In this document: in pieces, positions 49,309 to 60,053 of the stretch
Layout of the letters: each line of letters starts with the position of its first letter
Numbering within the stretch: position 1 is the first letter of the stretch
Source: a gamma proteobacterium SCGC AAA076-P13
GTDB lineage: Bacteria; Pseudomonadota; Gammaproteobacteria; Magnimaribacterales; D2472
DNA: 64,000 nucleotides
Direction: 5' to 3'
NCBI GenBank assembly: GCA_000384935.1
Contig: ARRA01000004.1
Coordinates: forward strand, 12,834 to 76,833
Program-made: the position numbers and the translations under genes
Notes under the pieces: generated by a model
What the model was told of the DNA's origin: nothing
Seen by the model: the letters and a program-made list of their open reading frames with translations, nothing else
The model's database searches: none

Positions 49309-50586
49309 TTATAAAATACTTTTATCTTTTATCGGAAGTAGTGTCTTGTAGCCTTGATAAGCAACTACTAAGGAAACCACAAGTGCATTTACTGAGAATT
49401 GACTCATTAATAATTGAGTAGAAATCAGACTCATATTCAATAGGTTAAAGTACTCAATACTTAAAATTCCACACACAGAGAATCCAAAAATAACTAAGTA
49501 CACATACCAGTTGCCCTGAAGTAATGATGCAGTTAGTGTGCTTAATAGGGTTATGGTGACACCAAAAAAAGCTATCTCATTGTAAGAATGCTCAGGCAGT
49601 ACAAAAAGCACTGATCCTGAAACAATAATAGTAAACAGCATCTGAAAGAATGCAAAAACTGTGATGTCTTTAGAAACAATAGGATTATATTTTACATAGA
49701 ACTCTTTAGGATCCTTTTCTTCTATGCAATCATCTGGGCGCCAGTATGTCTTTGAATAAAAAACTTTGAGCTTATCACTTAATTTTTTGGTCTTAATACT
49801 ATCTTTGATCATAGTTGTATATATCTGAATATTTGCCCATATAGGATTAAAGCTTTTGAGTGCGCTTACTGTTCCATAAATAGGATCCACCTCTGGCATT
49901 CTTGCAGTATAGGTTCCAAACATCCGATCCCAGATTATAAATACACCACCATAATTAGCATCAATGTATTCTTTATTTTTTGCATGATGAATCCCATGGT
50001 TCATAGGAGTGATAAATATTTTTTCTAAAAACCCTAAATGCCCAATATGTTCGGTATGAACCCAAAATTGATATACCAAGTTAATTCCAGCTACAGTTAC
50101 AAAAACCTCTACAGGAACCCCAAGAAGAATCATTGGCAAGTAAAAAATCCACTTCCAAATCCACCCAGTACTTGTCTGTCTTAATGCAGTTGCAAGATTA
50201 AAATCTTCTCCATGATGATGGACACTATGTGTAGCCCATAATATTTTTATTTCGTGATGCAGTCTGTGCATCCAATAATAAGAAAGGTCATATAAGAGAA
50301 AGGCTATAATCCAAGTTAGAGGGTTCTTAACTGACAGTAGACCTACATTAAAATACTTACTTACATAAACAAAAATTAGGCTTTGGACTCCCAGGTTTAG
50401 CATAGTAGGATATCTGCTTATCATCCCCAATGAAATACTCGTAAATGTGTCATTAAGCCTATAGGTATCTTTTCCTACATACCTTCCATAACAATACTCA
50501 ATTAAGATAAGTATAAAAAATACAGGTACAGCAAATGTGATAATAATTGATTTATCAGTAACAACTGCTGCAGTAGATTCGATCAT
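49309..50586 (-). CDS. second sterol desaturase / alkylglycerol monooxygenase-like protein
   Basis: YWMHRLHH, HSVHH, HGIHH, DANYGG. Confidence 0.85.
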   Translation of the reverse strand: MIESTAAVVTDKSIIITFAVPVFFILILIEYCYGRYVGKDTYRLNDTFTSISLGMISRYPTMLNLGVQSLIFVYVSKYFNVGLLSVKNPLTWIIAFLLYDLSYYWMHRLHHEIKILWATHSVHHHGEDFNLATALRQTSTGWIWKWIFYLPMILLGVPVEVFVTVAGINLVYQFWVHTEHIGHLGFLEKIFITPMNHGIHHAKNKEYIDANYGGVFIIWDRMFGTYTARMPEVDPIYGTVSALKSFNPIWANIQIYTTMIKDSIKTKKLSDKLKVFYSKTYWRPDDCIEEKDPKEFYVKYNPIVSKDITVFAFFQMLFTIIVSGSVLFVLPEHSYNEIAFFGVTITLLSTLTASLLQGNWYVYLVIFGFSVCGILSIEYFNLLNMSLISTQLLMSQFSVNALVVSLVVAYQGYKTLLPIKDKSIL

Positions 50587-50619
50587 AAATAGTGCTTAGA
50601 TTTATATATATTAAAGATT

Positions 50620-51438
50620 TTAAATTTTACCTTGTAAATAAGCAAGTGCACCAATTGCATTTGCATATTCCATATTTGGATTATATTTACTACTAACCCC
50701 AGCAAGTTCAAGTCTTTGGTCTATAGCATCTCTTACCGATTTTAGTAAAGGTATCCTTCCAACAAAGTATACTTTGTTAACTCCTACCAATAATGCATTT
50801 AAATACGCTACAGTCCCAATAACTTCACCAGTCATATTGGTCAAAGCTGCTGCAATATCATTTGCGTTGTAATTCTTATCATCTCTTGCTTTTACAAAAT
50901 TTGAGGCTGTAATATCTCCATCTAACCCACCTATATTATTTACAACATCACCAATTAAAAAATCAACATTACTTCTATTGCCTTTTATGGCTTTTTTATT
51001 TATTTCATGAGCATCTGAAGTATTTATAAGGAGTTTTGCAAGACCTTGAAGAGACCCTCCGCCAACAGAAATTCCACCTAGGTGATGAAAGTTATTAGCT
51101 TGATAGTTTATACAGGCTGTCCCAGTTCCAGCGCTAACAACAACGAAAGCATTGTCTTGAATACTGTAAATATCTTTAGCACCCTGACCAATTGCCATTA
51201 CCTCATTAACCTTAGTTATTGAAGCCGATCTAAATACATCCGGGAGATCACTTGATTTACCTCCAGTTACAGCAATTTTTTTTATTTCTGATACTGCTAT
51301 ATCTAGTTTATTAATAACGTTATGAAATTTATCAGATATGCTCTCATCTGAAGATATGAATGTATAAAAACGTATTTCACCTTTAATCTTTATTGCAACA
51401 TCAATATTAGATATTCCAAAATCGATACCGATGTCCAT
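50620..51438 (-). CDS. type II (CoaW/fumble-like) pantothenate kinase
   Basis: IGIDFG, AVTGG, VNEVMAIGQG, VSAGTGT, GGISVGGGSLQGL, ITASNF, AIGAL. Confidence 0.75.
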   Translation of the reverse strand: MDIGIDFGISNIDVAIKIKGEIRFYTFISSDESISDKFHNVINKLDIAVSEIKKIAVTGGKSSDLPDVFRSASITKVNEVMAIGQGAKDIYSIQDNAFVVVSAGTGTACINYQANNFHHLGGISVGGGSLQGLAKLLINTSDAHEINKKAIKGNRSNVDFLIGDVVNNIGGLDGDITASNFVKARDDKNYNANDIAAALTNMTGEVIGTVAYLNALLVGVNKVYFVGRIPLLKSVRDAIDQRLELAGVSSKYNPNMEYANAIGALAYLQGKI

Positions 51439-51440
51439 TA

Positions 51441-53822
51441 TTAATTATGAGAATTAATTTCTTTATTTCTTTCCATTAAATCTTTCATAAGATTTTTTGG
51501 ATTACTATTACTAGCATTTGGGCGAAGTCTTGCTGGTATCATTCTTTGAGGGTAGTAGTTATTTTCAATATCCACATCAGCTATTTCCCAAAAGGGATCA
51601 GCAATAATAGATTTAATTTTAATTGTAGATCTTTTAAGCCATTTAGCTTCGCTTGGATTTTTTCTCCAAATCTCTGCGGGTATTTTTAATAACTCGCTAC
51701 TACCATCTTCATAGTTTATTTGAAGGGGAATTGGCATAACGAGACCACCAATATTCTTAAAATCTAAAATGTAATAGAATTCACCTTTATCAACAGCACC
51801 TACCAGTGCCTTTTTCTTCCATTCAGGGTCACTATTATTTCTATCATAAAGGTCATCAAGAATTTCTTCATAGTCAGCCATTTCTCTTTTTGAAGGAGTA
51901 AACTCGTCATATTCATCATATATATCCAGTAGTTCCGGTCTGAGTTTAACTCGCTCTTCTATGCCCTCAGATATGTTTCTCTCATCAAAAAGCATTTTTG
52001 GCTCATTATTAAAATCTTCTCGATCTTTTTTAAGATTATCAGATGGGTTAAGCGTATCCAATGTCGCTTCAAAAACATTTTCAAGCGCAATATCTACATG
52101 ATCTGTTGAGAAGAACCACCCATTCCAAAACCAATCCAGGTCTACACCAGAGGCTTCTTCCATTGTTCTAAAAAAATCATATGGAGTAGGGCGTTTGAAT
52201 CTCCATCTATTGCAGTATTCTTTAAAAGCAAGATCAAACAGCTCTCTACCTAAAACCGTTTCTCTAAGAATAACTAATGCAGTTGCAGGCTTAGCATATG
52301 CGTTATTTCCAAACTGCAAGATAGATTCAGAATTTGTCATAATTGGAACTTGATATGAGCTTTTCATGTAATCAGTAATCCATCTAGCTTCACCTCTTCT
52401 AGATTTATATTCTATATCCCATTCTTGTTCTGCTAGGTATTGAAGAAAAGTATTAAGTCCTTCATCCATCCACGTCCACTGTCTTTCATCAGAATTAATA
52501 ATCATTGGAAAGTAGTTATGACCCACCTCATGAATAACCACTCCTATTAAGAATTTCTTTTCACTTCTTGAATATGTTCTTGTTCCATCATCTTCTAGGT
52601 CAGTTCTTGGGCCATTAAATGTGATCATTGGATATTCCATGCCACCCACTGGTCCGTTAACGCTCTGAGAAGTAGGATATGGGTAATCAAATGAGTATTT
52701 GGAATAAACCTTCATCGTGTGCATTACAGCTTCTGTAGAGTACTTAGACCAGAGCGGCTCTCCTTCATTTGGGTAAAATGACATAGCCATAACTAAAGGA
52801 TTTTCAGCTGAATCTTGTTTAAACCCAGCAGCATCCCATATAAATTTTCTAGAGGAGGCCCAAGCAAAATCTCTTACATTATCAGCTTTAAATACCCATG
52901 TTTTTAGGTCCGAAGATCTAGTTTTTTCATTCTCGTAAGCTTCATCTGGGGTAACTATAAAAATAGGTTTATCTGATTTTTTTGCCTTATTAAGTCTCTT
53001 TATTTGTTTTTTGGTTAAGACATCACCAGGGTTTTGCAGAACTCCTGTTGAAGAAACAATATGATCTGATGGGGTCGTAATAGAAACTTCAAAATCTCCA
53101 AACTCAAGTGTGAATTCTCCATTGCCAATAAACTCTTTGTTATGCCAGCCTTCATAGTCGGTATATGCTGAAACTCTTGGATACCACTGAGCAACAAGAA
53201 AGATGTCGTTACCATCTTCAAAAGTTTCATACCCATTTCTAGCTCTTACTGCATTTTCTTCAACTAGCTGATATTCCCAATCAATTCCAATATCAACTGT
53301 TTTGTTGCTTGTTAGAGGCTCATCTAGATTTACCCTAATTAAGGTTCCTACAAGATGTGTTGAAGCATCCTTGCCATTTACCTTAATTTTTAAATTTTTT
53401 AATCCGCCACCGAATTCATCCATGAAATTATTTTTTCTTAATTCGCCAAACGAAATACTTTTTGTGCTGCCGGTTGTAGCAGTCATATTTTTAATAGAGT
53501 CCTTCTTAAATATATTTTGATCTAATTGAACCCATATATATCGCAGATCTAGAGGTGAATTATTTTTGTATGTAATTACCTCAGACCCTGATAGCGATCT
53601 ATTATCTTCATTAAGAATAATAGAAATTTTATAGTCAGCCTGCTGCTGCCAATATAACTTTCCAGGCTCACCCGTAGCTGGTCTATATTGATTAGGATCT
53701 GGATATTTTTCTTCTAATTGTCTAAATTTATCTTCGAATGATCCTTTTGTTTGATGAGCATCATGAGAAAAAGAAAAGACTGAAAAAACAATCAATAACA
53801 CCGACATATAATTACTCTTCAT
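51441..53822 (-). CDS. M1-family zinc aminopeptidase, exported
   Basis: GGMEYP, HEVGH..WMDEG (HExxH-x18-E), YWQQQADY. Confidence 0.92.
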   Translation of the reverse strand: MKSNYMSVLLIVFSVFSFSHDAHQTKGSFEDKFRQLEEKYPDPNQYRPATGEPGKLYWQQQADYKISIILNEDNRSLSGSEVITYKNNSPLDLRYIWVQLDQNIFKKDSIKNMTATTGSTKSISFGELRKNNFMDEFGGGLKNLKIKVNGKDASTHLVGTLIRVNLDEPLTSNKTVDIGIDWEYQLVEENAVRARNGYETFEDGNDIFLVAQWYPRVSAYTDYEGWHNKEFIGNGEFTLEFGDFEVSITTPSDHIVSSTGVLQNPGDVLTKKQIKRLNKAKKSDKPIFIVTPDEAYENEKTRSSDLKTWVFKADNVRDFAWASSRKFIWDAAGFKQDSAENPLVMAMSFYPNEGEPLWSKYSTEAVMHTMKVYSKYSFDYPYPTSQSVNGPVGGMEYPMITFNGPRTDLEDDGTRTYSRSEKKFLIGVVIHEVGHNYFPMIINSDERQWTWMDEGLNTFLQYLAEQEWDIEYKSRRGEARWITDYMKSSYQVPIMTNSESILQFGNNAYAKPATALVILRETVLGRELFDLAFKEYCNRWRFKRPTPYDFFRTMEEASGVDLDWFWNGWFFSTDHVDIALENVFEATLDTLNPSDNLKKDREDFNNEPKMLFDERNISEGIEERVKLRPELLDIYDEYDEFTPSKREMADYEEILDDLYDRNNSDPEWKKKALVGAVDKGEFYYILDFKNIGGLVMPIPLQINYEDGSSELLKIPAEIWRKNPSEAKWLKRSTIKIKSIIADPFWEIADVDIENNYYPQRMIPARLRPNASNSNPKNLMKDLMERNKEINSHN

Positions 53823-53997
53823 CTTTTCGTTCCTCTTTATAGTCGCTTTCTATAATATTTTGCTGATTAGGTTCTCGAAATCTATTAATTCTATTATTTC
53901 TATTTGTTTGATTTTTTGATGCTTTAATTTTACCTAGATTAAAGAATACGAAGAGTGAAATAGCAGCCATGCCACCAAATATAAGAGCGTTAGACAT
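53812..53997 (-). CDS. small single-TM hypothetical protein
   Basis: 61 aa, N-terminal hydrophobic segment, abuts both neighbours. Confidence 0.55.
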   Translation of the reverse strand: MSNALIFGGMAAISLFVFFNLGKIKASKNQTNRNNRINRFREPNQQNIIESDYKEERKDEE

Positions 53998-54807
53998 CTA
54001 TCTTCTGCTATTTATTTTTGCAAGCAACCTTAATATTTCTAAATACAGCCATATTAAAGTAACCATTAATGAAAAAGCACCATACCATTCCATATATTTT
54101 GGAAGTCCTTTCTCAGCACCTTCTTCAATATAGTCAAAATCGAGAACTAGTGATAAAGACGCAAAACATACAATGCCCAATGAAAGCCCAATACTCATTA
54201 AGGATCCATTAGTTGGCGATAGGAGACTTATGCCCGATCCAAAAAAACTCATAACAAAGCTAACCATATAAAGTATGAATATTCCCCCGATACCAGCACC
54301 AACCATTAATCTAAAATTTTCAGTTGGTTTTATAAGACCACTTTTGTAACAAACTAATAGAGACGCAAGTATTCCAAAAGTTAACCCAATAGCTTGTATA
54401 GCTATTCCGTCGTAAAGGTTTTCATACATTAATGAAATCCCTCCAAGCATAACTCCTTGAACAAGTGCATAAAAAGGAGCTGTAGTTCCAGCCTTTGATG
54501 GGCTTCTAAAGATAGTCACAAGAGCAAGAATAAAACCTAAAATACCAGCGGGAAATGTAAGAGCCGGAATATTCCAACCTACTGCAGCGCCAGTAAAGCA
54601 AAGAGCTAAAAGGATTCCTGTCTTATTAACAGCACCATCTAAAGTCATAATATCAGTAGATTCAGCAACTGATGATGTTGTCCTGAAACCACTTCCAGCA
54701 TTCATCTCACTGCTAGATTGAGTTCTAAATCCACCTTGATCAAAATTTCTTGAAAACGCAGGATTACGCGATCTACCAAATCGATTAATTGCAGAATGTT
54801 TAGACAT
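53998..54807 (-). CDS. Bax inhibitor-1/YccA-family membrane protein
   Basis: SRNPAF, MTLDGAVNKT, LVLDFD, EWYGAFSLMVTLIWLYLEILRLL. Confidence 0.88.
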   Translation of the reverse strand: MSKHSAINRFGRSRNPAFSRNFDQGGFRTQSSSEMNAGSGFRTTSSVAESTDIMTLDGAVNKTGILLALCFTGAAVGWNIPALTFPAGILGFILALVTIFRSPSKAGTTAPFYALVQGVMLGGISLMYENLYDGIAIQAIGLTFGILASLLVCYKSGLIKPTENFRLMVGAGIGGIFILYMVSFVMSFFGSGISLLSPTNGSLMSIGLSLGIVCFASLSLVLDFDYIEEGAEKGLPKYMEWYGAFSLMVTLIWLYLEILRLLAKINSRR

Positions 54808-54865
54808 AAATAACTCCTTTAAAATTACTTTTATATATTAAATACTTAAGGCCTTAATAACAAAT

Positions 54866-55903
54866 TTAAAGCTGATGAATCCATTTTCTTAATAGATCTA
54901 CAGCCTCAACATGTTGCAGAGCTCTTCCAGATTCAGGCATCATTATTCCTGGATCAAGAGATTGCATTCTATATAACAATATAGATTCATCTGGGTTTCC
55001 AGGAACTATCGAATATTTTAAATTATTACTTGCTCGCCCAGCAGCTATTGGTTTTTTAAAGTAACCTAAGTTTATTTTTCTATTTTCAGTAAAGTTAAGA
55101 TAAAGGCCTGTTGTATCAGCAGATCCACCTTCGATATGACAATGACCACAATTAATATCTAAATATGAGCGAGCTCTAGTATCTAAATCTTCATTAATAT
55201 TAGACCAATCCACCATTGAGTCAGTAGAGATGTTTTCTGTTATCCAGCCCTGTTGATGCCATTTTAAAAGCTGATTCATTGAGCTATCAGCATAGCTTAT
55301 GTCTTTGTTAAGGTTTCTAGCTTTAGGTCCTATGGGAGAAATAGTCTCATTTGATTGATGACATTCTTTACATTGATTAATATTGGGAACTCTATACCTA
55401 ATATCTTGCATATCACCATATTCATTTATAAATTGGGTTGATATTGTTTTTCCAGCAATACTTTTATATGCATCTGTCTGATCTTTATTCCAAATGTAAC
55501 TTACATTTTTCCACCCGTCATCATGCCTTATAAGCAATCGAGTTTCTAAAAGCTGAGGATCAAGCTCTGATTCTGGAAAATCGTTAAGATATGCAAAGGT
55601 TTTTATTAAAACGGATCCAGTTGGAAAATCAAAAACCTCATCTGGATGATATTCTGCAAAGCCACCTGCTGGAACATAAACGAACCTTAACTTATCAGCA
55701 TAATCAGAAAATAATGCTGAATTTAAGTCATATGGAAGCACCCCATCAGTTGGTATTTGCTTACTTAAATTAGTAAAAAAACCATAGTCTGATAATTTTA
55801 ATGCAACATCTTGGCTTATTACTTTTGAGTGATTAACCTCAGCAGTTATTGAGATTGAAAATATAGCAAAGGCTATAAGAATTAATGAATTATAAAGTTT
55901 CAC
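54866..55903 (-). CDS. SO2930-family diheme c-type cytochrome
   Basis: LFSDYADKLRF, CKECH and CGHCH heme motifs, MMPESGR. Confidence 0.85.
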   Translation of the reverse strand: MKLYNSLILIAFAIFSISITAEVNHSKVISQDVALKLSDYGFFTNLSKQIPTDGVLPYDLNSALFSDYADKLRFVYVPAGGFAEYHPDEVFDFPTGSVLIKTFAYLNDFPESELDPQLLETRLLIRHDDGWKNVSYIWNKDQTDAYKSIAGKTISTQFINEYGDMQDIRYRVPNINQCKECHQSNETISPIGPKARNLNKDISYADSSMNQLLKWHQQGWITENISTDSMVDWSNINEDLDTRARSYLDINCGHCHIEGGSADTTGLYLNFTENRKINLGYFKKPIAAGRASNNLKYSIVPGNPDESILLYRMQSLDPGIMMPESGRALQHVEAVDLLRKWIHQL

Positions 55904-57131
55904 TTAGAACCACTGGAGGGAGGGGGGTTATCTCACCAGAGAATTTTTCATAGCTAGTTTCTATAGGATCAAAAAATGGCAATATGTATTTTAATGCGTT
56001 AATAGTTAAAAAAGAGGCATCACCATTATCACCAAGTACAATTTTATCTTCCTTGGGCTGGCCAAAGACAATTTGGGGCAGGGGGAGTATCCCATCCCAA
56101 AAAATATCTGGCATGTCCCCACCAGATATTTCAAATAAAATTTTAGCTAACTCGCCCGTTTCAAGGTCGGGGTTATATCCCGATCTGCCAAATCTATTTC
56201 CATGAATCTGAATTGCTCTTGGGTGAGGATAATAGCTTTCATCATCTGTATCATACCCATAAGTTACAACAGCAATATTTATAGTGTCATTATCTCCAAT
56301 GTCATTATCAAATATTTCAACATGTGAATTCGCTTGAATAATAATCCCTGACCCTCTTGGGACCTCTCCCACAATATTTCCCTCAGGAGCAAAGTTATCT
56401 GTATTATTATTTACTGATTTATTATTAAAGACCCTAATATGGTGCCCGCCTTGTTGTGGAATATCAGGTAAGTCAAAAACCAATATTCCGCCTGTGTTAT
56501 TAGAAGCATAATTATTAAATACATCTGCATAATAGGAATTCTCAATCTCTATTCCTGCAACATTAAATTCAGCAATTGAATTTTTTACAATTATATTCTC
56601 TGACTGCCCTACATAAATACCAGCGTCAGAAGCTCCAATAGCAACACACGAGTCTATAAGTACATTTTTTGATTCGACCGGATATAAACCATAAGCCCCA
56701 TTTTCTGAGCTAGGACCTCCAGTCCATTCAGTGCGAACTCTAATAAAGCTTATCCCATCAACACCTTTAACTTTTATAGCATCTCCCTTTGCATTTTCAA
56801 CCGCAAAGTCCCTAAGAATTACATTATCAGAGGTTACTGAAAGCCCTTGAGCACCAGAGAGTTGATTTTTAAATGATAGAACAGTTTCATCAATTCCTTC
56901 ACCTTCTAGAACAAGGTTATTAACATCAATAGAAAGGCTATCTTCAAGCTCATATAGCCCAGCAGATAGGTGAATAATGTCACCTGGGCTAGCAAGAATG
57001 AGGGCTTCTTGTATTTCTGTGTAAGGATCCTCAGACGGAGAGATATAAACAGTGCCTGCGAAACAAGCCGCGCTCAGTAGTCCCAGGCAATATAGCCTAA
57101 ATTGCTTCGGGAATATCTTCAAAACTTTCAA
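55890..57131 (-). CDS. parallel beta-helix repeat protein (usual partner of SO2930-family cytochrome)
   Basis: GAYGLYPV, GASDAGIYVGQS, NVAGIEIENS, NFAPEGNIV. Confidence 0.85.
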   Translation of the reverse strand: MKVLKIFPKQFRLYCLGLLSAACFAGTVYISPSEDPYTEIQEALILASPGDIIHLSAGLYELEDSLSIDVNNLVLEGEGIDETVLSFKNQLSGAQGLSVTSDNVILRDFAVENAKGDAIKVKGVDGISFIRVRTEWTGGPSSENGAYGLYPVESKNVLIDSCVAIGASDAGIYVGQSENIIVKNSIAEFNVAGIEIENSYYADVFNNYASNNTGGILVFDLPDIPQQGGHHIRVFNNKSVNNNTDNFAPEGNIVGEVPRGSGIIIQANSHVEIFDNDIGDNDTINIAVVTYGYDTDDESYYPHPRAIQIHGNRFGRSGYNPDLETGELAKILFEISGGDMPDIFWDGILPLPQIVFGQPKEDKIVLGDNGDASFLTINALKYILPFFDPIETSYEKFSGEITPLPPVVLSETL

Positions 57132-58203
57132 GAGGTTTCTTTAACTCGCTCCAATCGCACTCAAAATCATCTGGTGCATGCTCATATTCAAGCAAGCCCA
57201 ATGCTTCAAATTTTGGCCTTACCGAGTCAGTTAACAAGCCAATTCTTGACAGGTTAGGGATAACCCTTGAAAACAAAAAGTTTCTAAACATTTCAAATGT
57301 TTTTGTATTCATTTGAAATTCTCTCGCTTCTTCAGGAGTCATTTTTAAAAATCTTTGCTCTGCCTTTGTATTTATTAATCTTTCACGAGAAATAACACAT
57401 GCCTCATATGCAAATTCAGCTCTATCTTCTATTTCTTCTGGAGTTAATGTTTTAATATAATCTTCTAAATAATTGATACCAAAAGTTACATGCCTGGCTT
57501 CATCTCTAACCACGTAGTGAAGTAGTTGCTTTAAAAGAGGATCTTTAGTTATAGCCTTAAGCATTTGGAATGCAGCAAGTGCTAATCCCTCAATGATGAT
57601 TTGCATGCCAATGAATTTTAAATCCCACCTTTCATCTGTGAGTATCTTATCAAGAAGTAATTTTAGTGAAGGGTTTATGGGGTAGTGAATTCCAATTTTA
57701 TCCTGGAGATACCTATTAAAAACCTCTACATGTCTGGCTTCATCAAAGGTTTGGGATGCTGCATAAAGCTTAGCATTATAGGTTGGTGCGCAGCATGCAA
57801 GCTGGGATGCAACAAGCAAAGCACCTTGTTCTCCATGGAGAAACTGGCTCATTAATTCTGCAGTTGAATGCCTATCAAAGAGTATTTTTTCTTCCTCTGA
57901 AAGATTTTGGTAGGCTTCAAGTGTTTCATGGGGTAATTCTTCATCTGGTTCAACTATTTTCTCATCTTCTGGGTGTGTGTAATCCCAATTTAAATCAATA
58001 GACCCATTCCAATTCAACTCTTTACCAAGCTCATAAAGCTTTTTAATTCTATTGTCTGCAACAGTGTAGTCCCAGTTATAAGCTCCTGTTAAAGGCGTAT
58101 TAAATATCTCCACAACATCTTCAACTTGCTCAGATGTCAGGCTCACCTCATCATCAAAGTAAAGTAAATCCTCAGGTGGTCCGTTTTGTTTAGTAATTTT
58201 CAT
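57097..58203 (-). CDS. ferritin-like di-iron protein (AurF-like)
   Basis: HGEQGA, DEARH twice, IEGLA. Confidence 0.8.
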   Translation of the reverse strand: MKITKQNGPPEDLLYFDDEVSLTSEQVEDVVEIFNTPLTGAYNWDYTVADNRIKKLYELGKELNWNGSIDLNWDYTHPEDEKIVEPDEELPHETLEAYQNLSEEEKILFDRHSTAELMSQFLHGEQGALLVASQLACCAPTYNAKLYAASQTFDEARHVEVFNRYLQDKIGIHYPINPSLKLLLDKILTDERWDLKFIGMQIIIEGLALAAFQMLKAITKDPLLKQLLHYVVRDEARHVTFGINYLEDYIKTLTPEEIEDRAEFAYEACVISRERLINTKAEQRFLKMTPEEAREFQMNTKTFEMFRNFLFSRVIPNLSRIGLLTDSVRPKFEALGLLEYEHAPDDFECDWSELKKPLESFEDIPEAI

Positions 58204-58267
58204 TTTGTTCCCTATAATCCCTAATTAATGTTTGCACTGCACACATTAACTTATTTTATAACAGAAT

Positions 58268-60046
58268 CTAGTTTTTGAAAAGTTTTGTTAACTCGTCAAG
58301 TAGAACCTCGCCTAGTTCTTCAGCTCTATGAATTGTAATTGCATTTTCGTAGTACTTAGTTACATCATGCCCAATGCCTATTGCTTGGAGTTCAATAGGG
58401 CTATCCTTTTCAATTTGCGATATTATCTTTTTAAGGTGATTATCTAAATAATCTTCTCTATTTGCTGATAGAGTACTGTCATCAACTGGAGCACCATCTG
58501 ATATAACAATCAATATTTTTCTTTCTTCATTTCTTTTTATGAGTCTTTCATGAGACCAGCTAAGGGCTTCACCATCTATATTTTCTTTCAAAAGACCTTC
58601 TCTTAGCATTGCACCAAAATGTTTTCTTGACCTTCTCCATGTATTATCAGCACTTTTATAAATGATATGTCTAATATCATTAAGTCTTCCAGGGTTGGAG
58701 ATACTTCCCTTGCTAATCCATTCCTGCTTTGAATCTCCACCTTTCCAGTGTTTGGTAGTAAAGCCCAAAACCTCTGTCTTTATCTGACATCTCTCTAATG
58801 TGCTTCCAATAATATCAGCACATATTGCAGCCAAGCTTATTGATCTTCCTCTCATAGAACCAGAATTATCTATAAGAATTGTTACTACAGTATCTTTAAA
58901 ATTAGCTTCTGTTTCTTGTTTATAGCTTAAAGGGTGGCCTGGCTCTGCAATAACTCTGTGAAGTCGAGCAGTATCAAGCATTCCTTCTTCAAGGTTGAAG
59001 TTCCAGCTTGTATTTTGTTTTGCTAGCAGCAAACGCTGTAATCTATTTGCTAGTTTTCCAATCGTAGTTTGATAAGGTTTTATAAGATTATCTAATTGAA
59101 CTCTCAATCTTATAGCCTCATCCGGGGTGGTCAGATCTTTAGCTTCTACGATTTCATCATATTCTGAGGTAAAGATTGAGTAATCAGTTTTTAAGGATTC
59201 TGTAAAATTATTATCAGGGTAGGAGAGTGCTTCAATTTCCTCATCTATAGAGGCTCCATCTGATGTTGATGCAACCTGCTCAATATTTTCATTTATTTCA
59301 ATATCTATCTCTTCAAGAGAAGAATCAGAATCGAAGTTCTCCTCATCATCATCTTGATTCTGTTCTAGGTCTCCATTTTCAATTTCGTTTGAACTTCCAG
59401 GAGATTCAAAAGGCTCATCTTCATCAAAACTATCCTCATCACTAGTAGCTGTTAGTAAATTTATTTTTTTTAGGAATTCTTCAGATAGTTTGCTGAACTT
59501 TTCTTGATTTGATAGCTCTTGGATCAAGTCATTCTTTAAGTGACTAAAATCTACAGAACTATATTTTTTATTAAAGTCACTAAGAATTTCTTTTGAAGTT
59601 GTAAGCAAATTGAATCCAGCTAAATCTTTAAGCCATAAATTTGCACAAAGAGCCTCATAAGCAGGAGATTTTTTATCACCTACAGCCAGGCTTTTAGATT
59701 CTAAATATTTAACTATATTTGTCTTAGAGCCTTTAAAGTGTCTAGATCCAACTATCTCAACTCGTGACATCTCAAGCTCATTAAAAACCAATCTTGCAGG
59801 AAGGGTAAGTGGGATTTCTTTTAAATTTTTATGATAAGCAAACCAAAAAGCTTGAAAGTCTGACTCGCCTCTCCAAGAAGATAGATCTTTTGTAGATCTC
59901 GGTGTTGAGGATAGTGAGGCTTGGTCTAAAAGAGGGGGTCTCTGAGGTACTCCATTTTTAGATGTGATATTTTTATTATTTGAAATAGCTTTGATAGAAG
60001 CAAGTGAAGCCTCATGAAGTTTATCTCTATTTTTTATCCACCCCAT
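58268..60046 (-). CDS. cobT: CobT-like VWA-domain protein
   Basis: Acidic linker, [46 protein letters not shown]. Confidence 0.8.
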   Translation of the reverse strand: MGWIKNRDKLHEASLASIKAISNNKNITSKNGVPQRPPLLDQASLSSTPRSTKDLSSWRGESDFQAFWFAYHKNLKEIPLTLPARLVFNELEMSRVEIVGSRHFKGSKTNIVKYLESKSLAVGDKKSPAYEALCANLWLKDLAGFNLLTTSKEILSDFNKKYSSVDFSHLKNDLIQELSNQEKFSKLSEEFLKKINLLTATSDEDSFDEDEPFESPGSSNEIENGDLEQNQDDDEENFDSDSSLEEIDIEINENIEQVASTSDGASIDEEIEALSYPDNNFTESLKTDYSIFTSEYDEIVEAKDLTTPDEAIRLRVQLDNLIKPYQTTIGKLANRLQRLLLAKQNTSWNFNLEEGMLDTARLHRVIAEPGHPLSYKQETEANFKDTVVTILIDNSGSMRGRSISLAAICADIIGSTLERCQIKTEVLGFTTKHWKGGDSKQEWISKGSISNPGRLNDIRHIIYKSADNTWRRSRKHFGAMLREGLLKENIDGEALSWSHERLIKRNEERKILIVISDGAPVDDSTLSANREDYLDNHLKKIISQIEKDSPIELQAIGIGHDVTKYYENAITIHRAEELGEVLLDELTKLFKN

Positions 60047-60053
60047 TAGTTAT

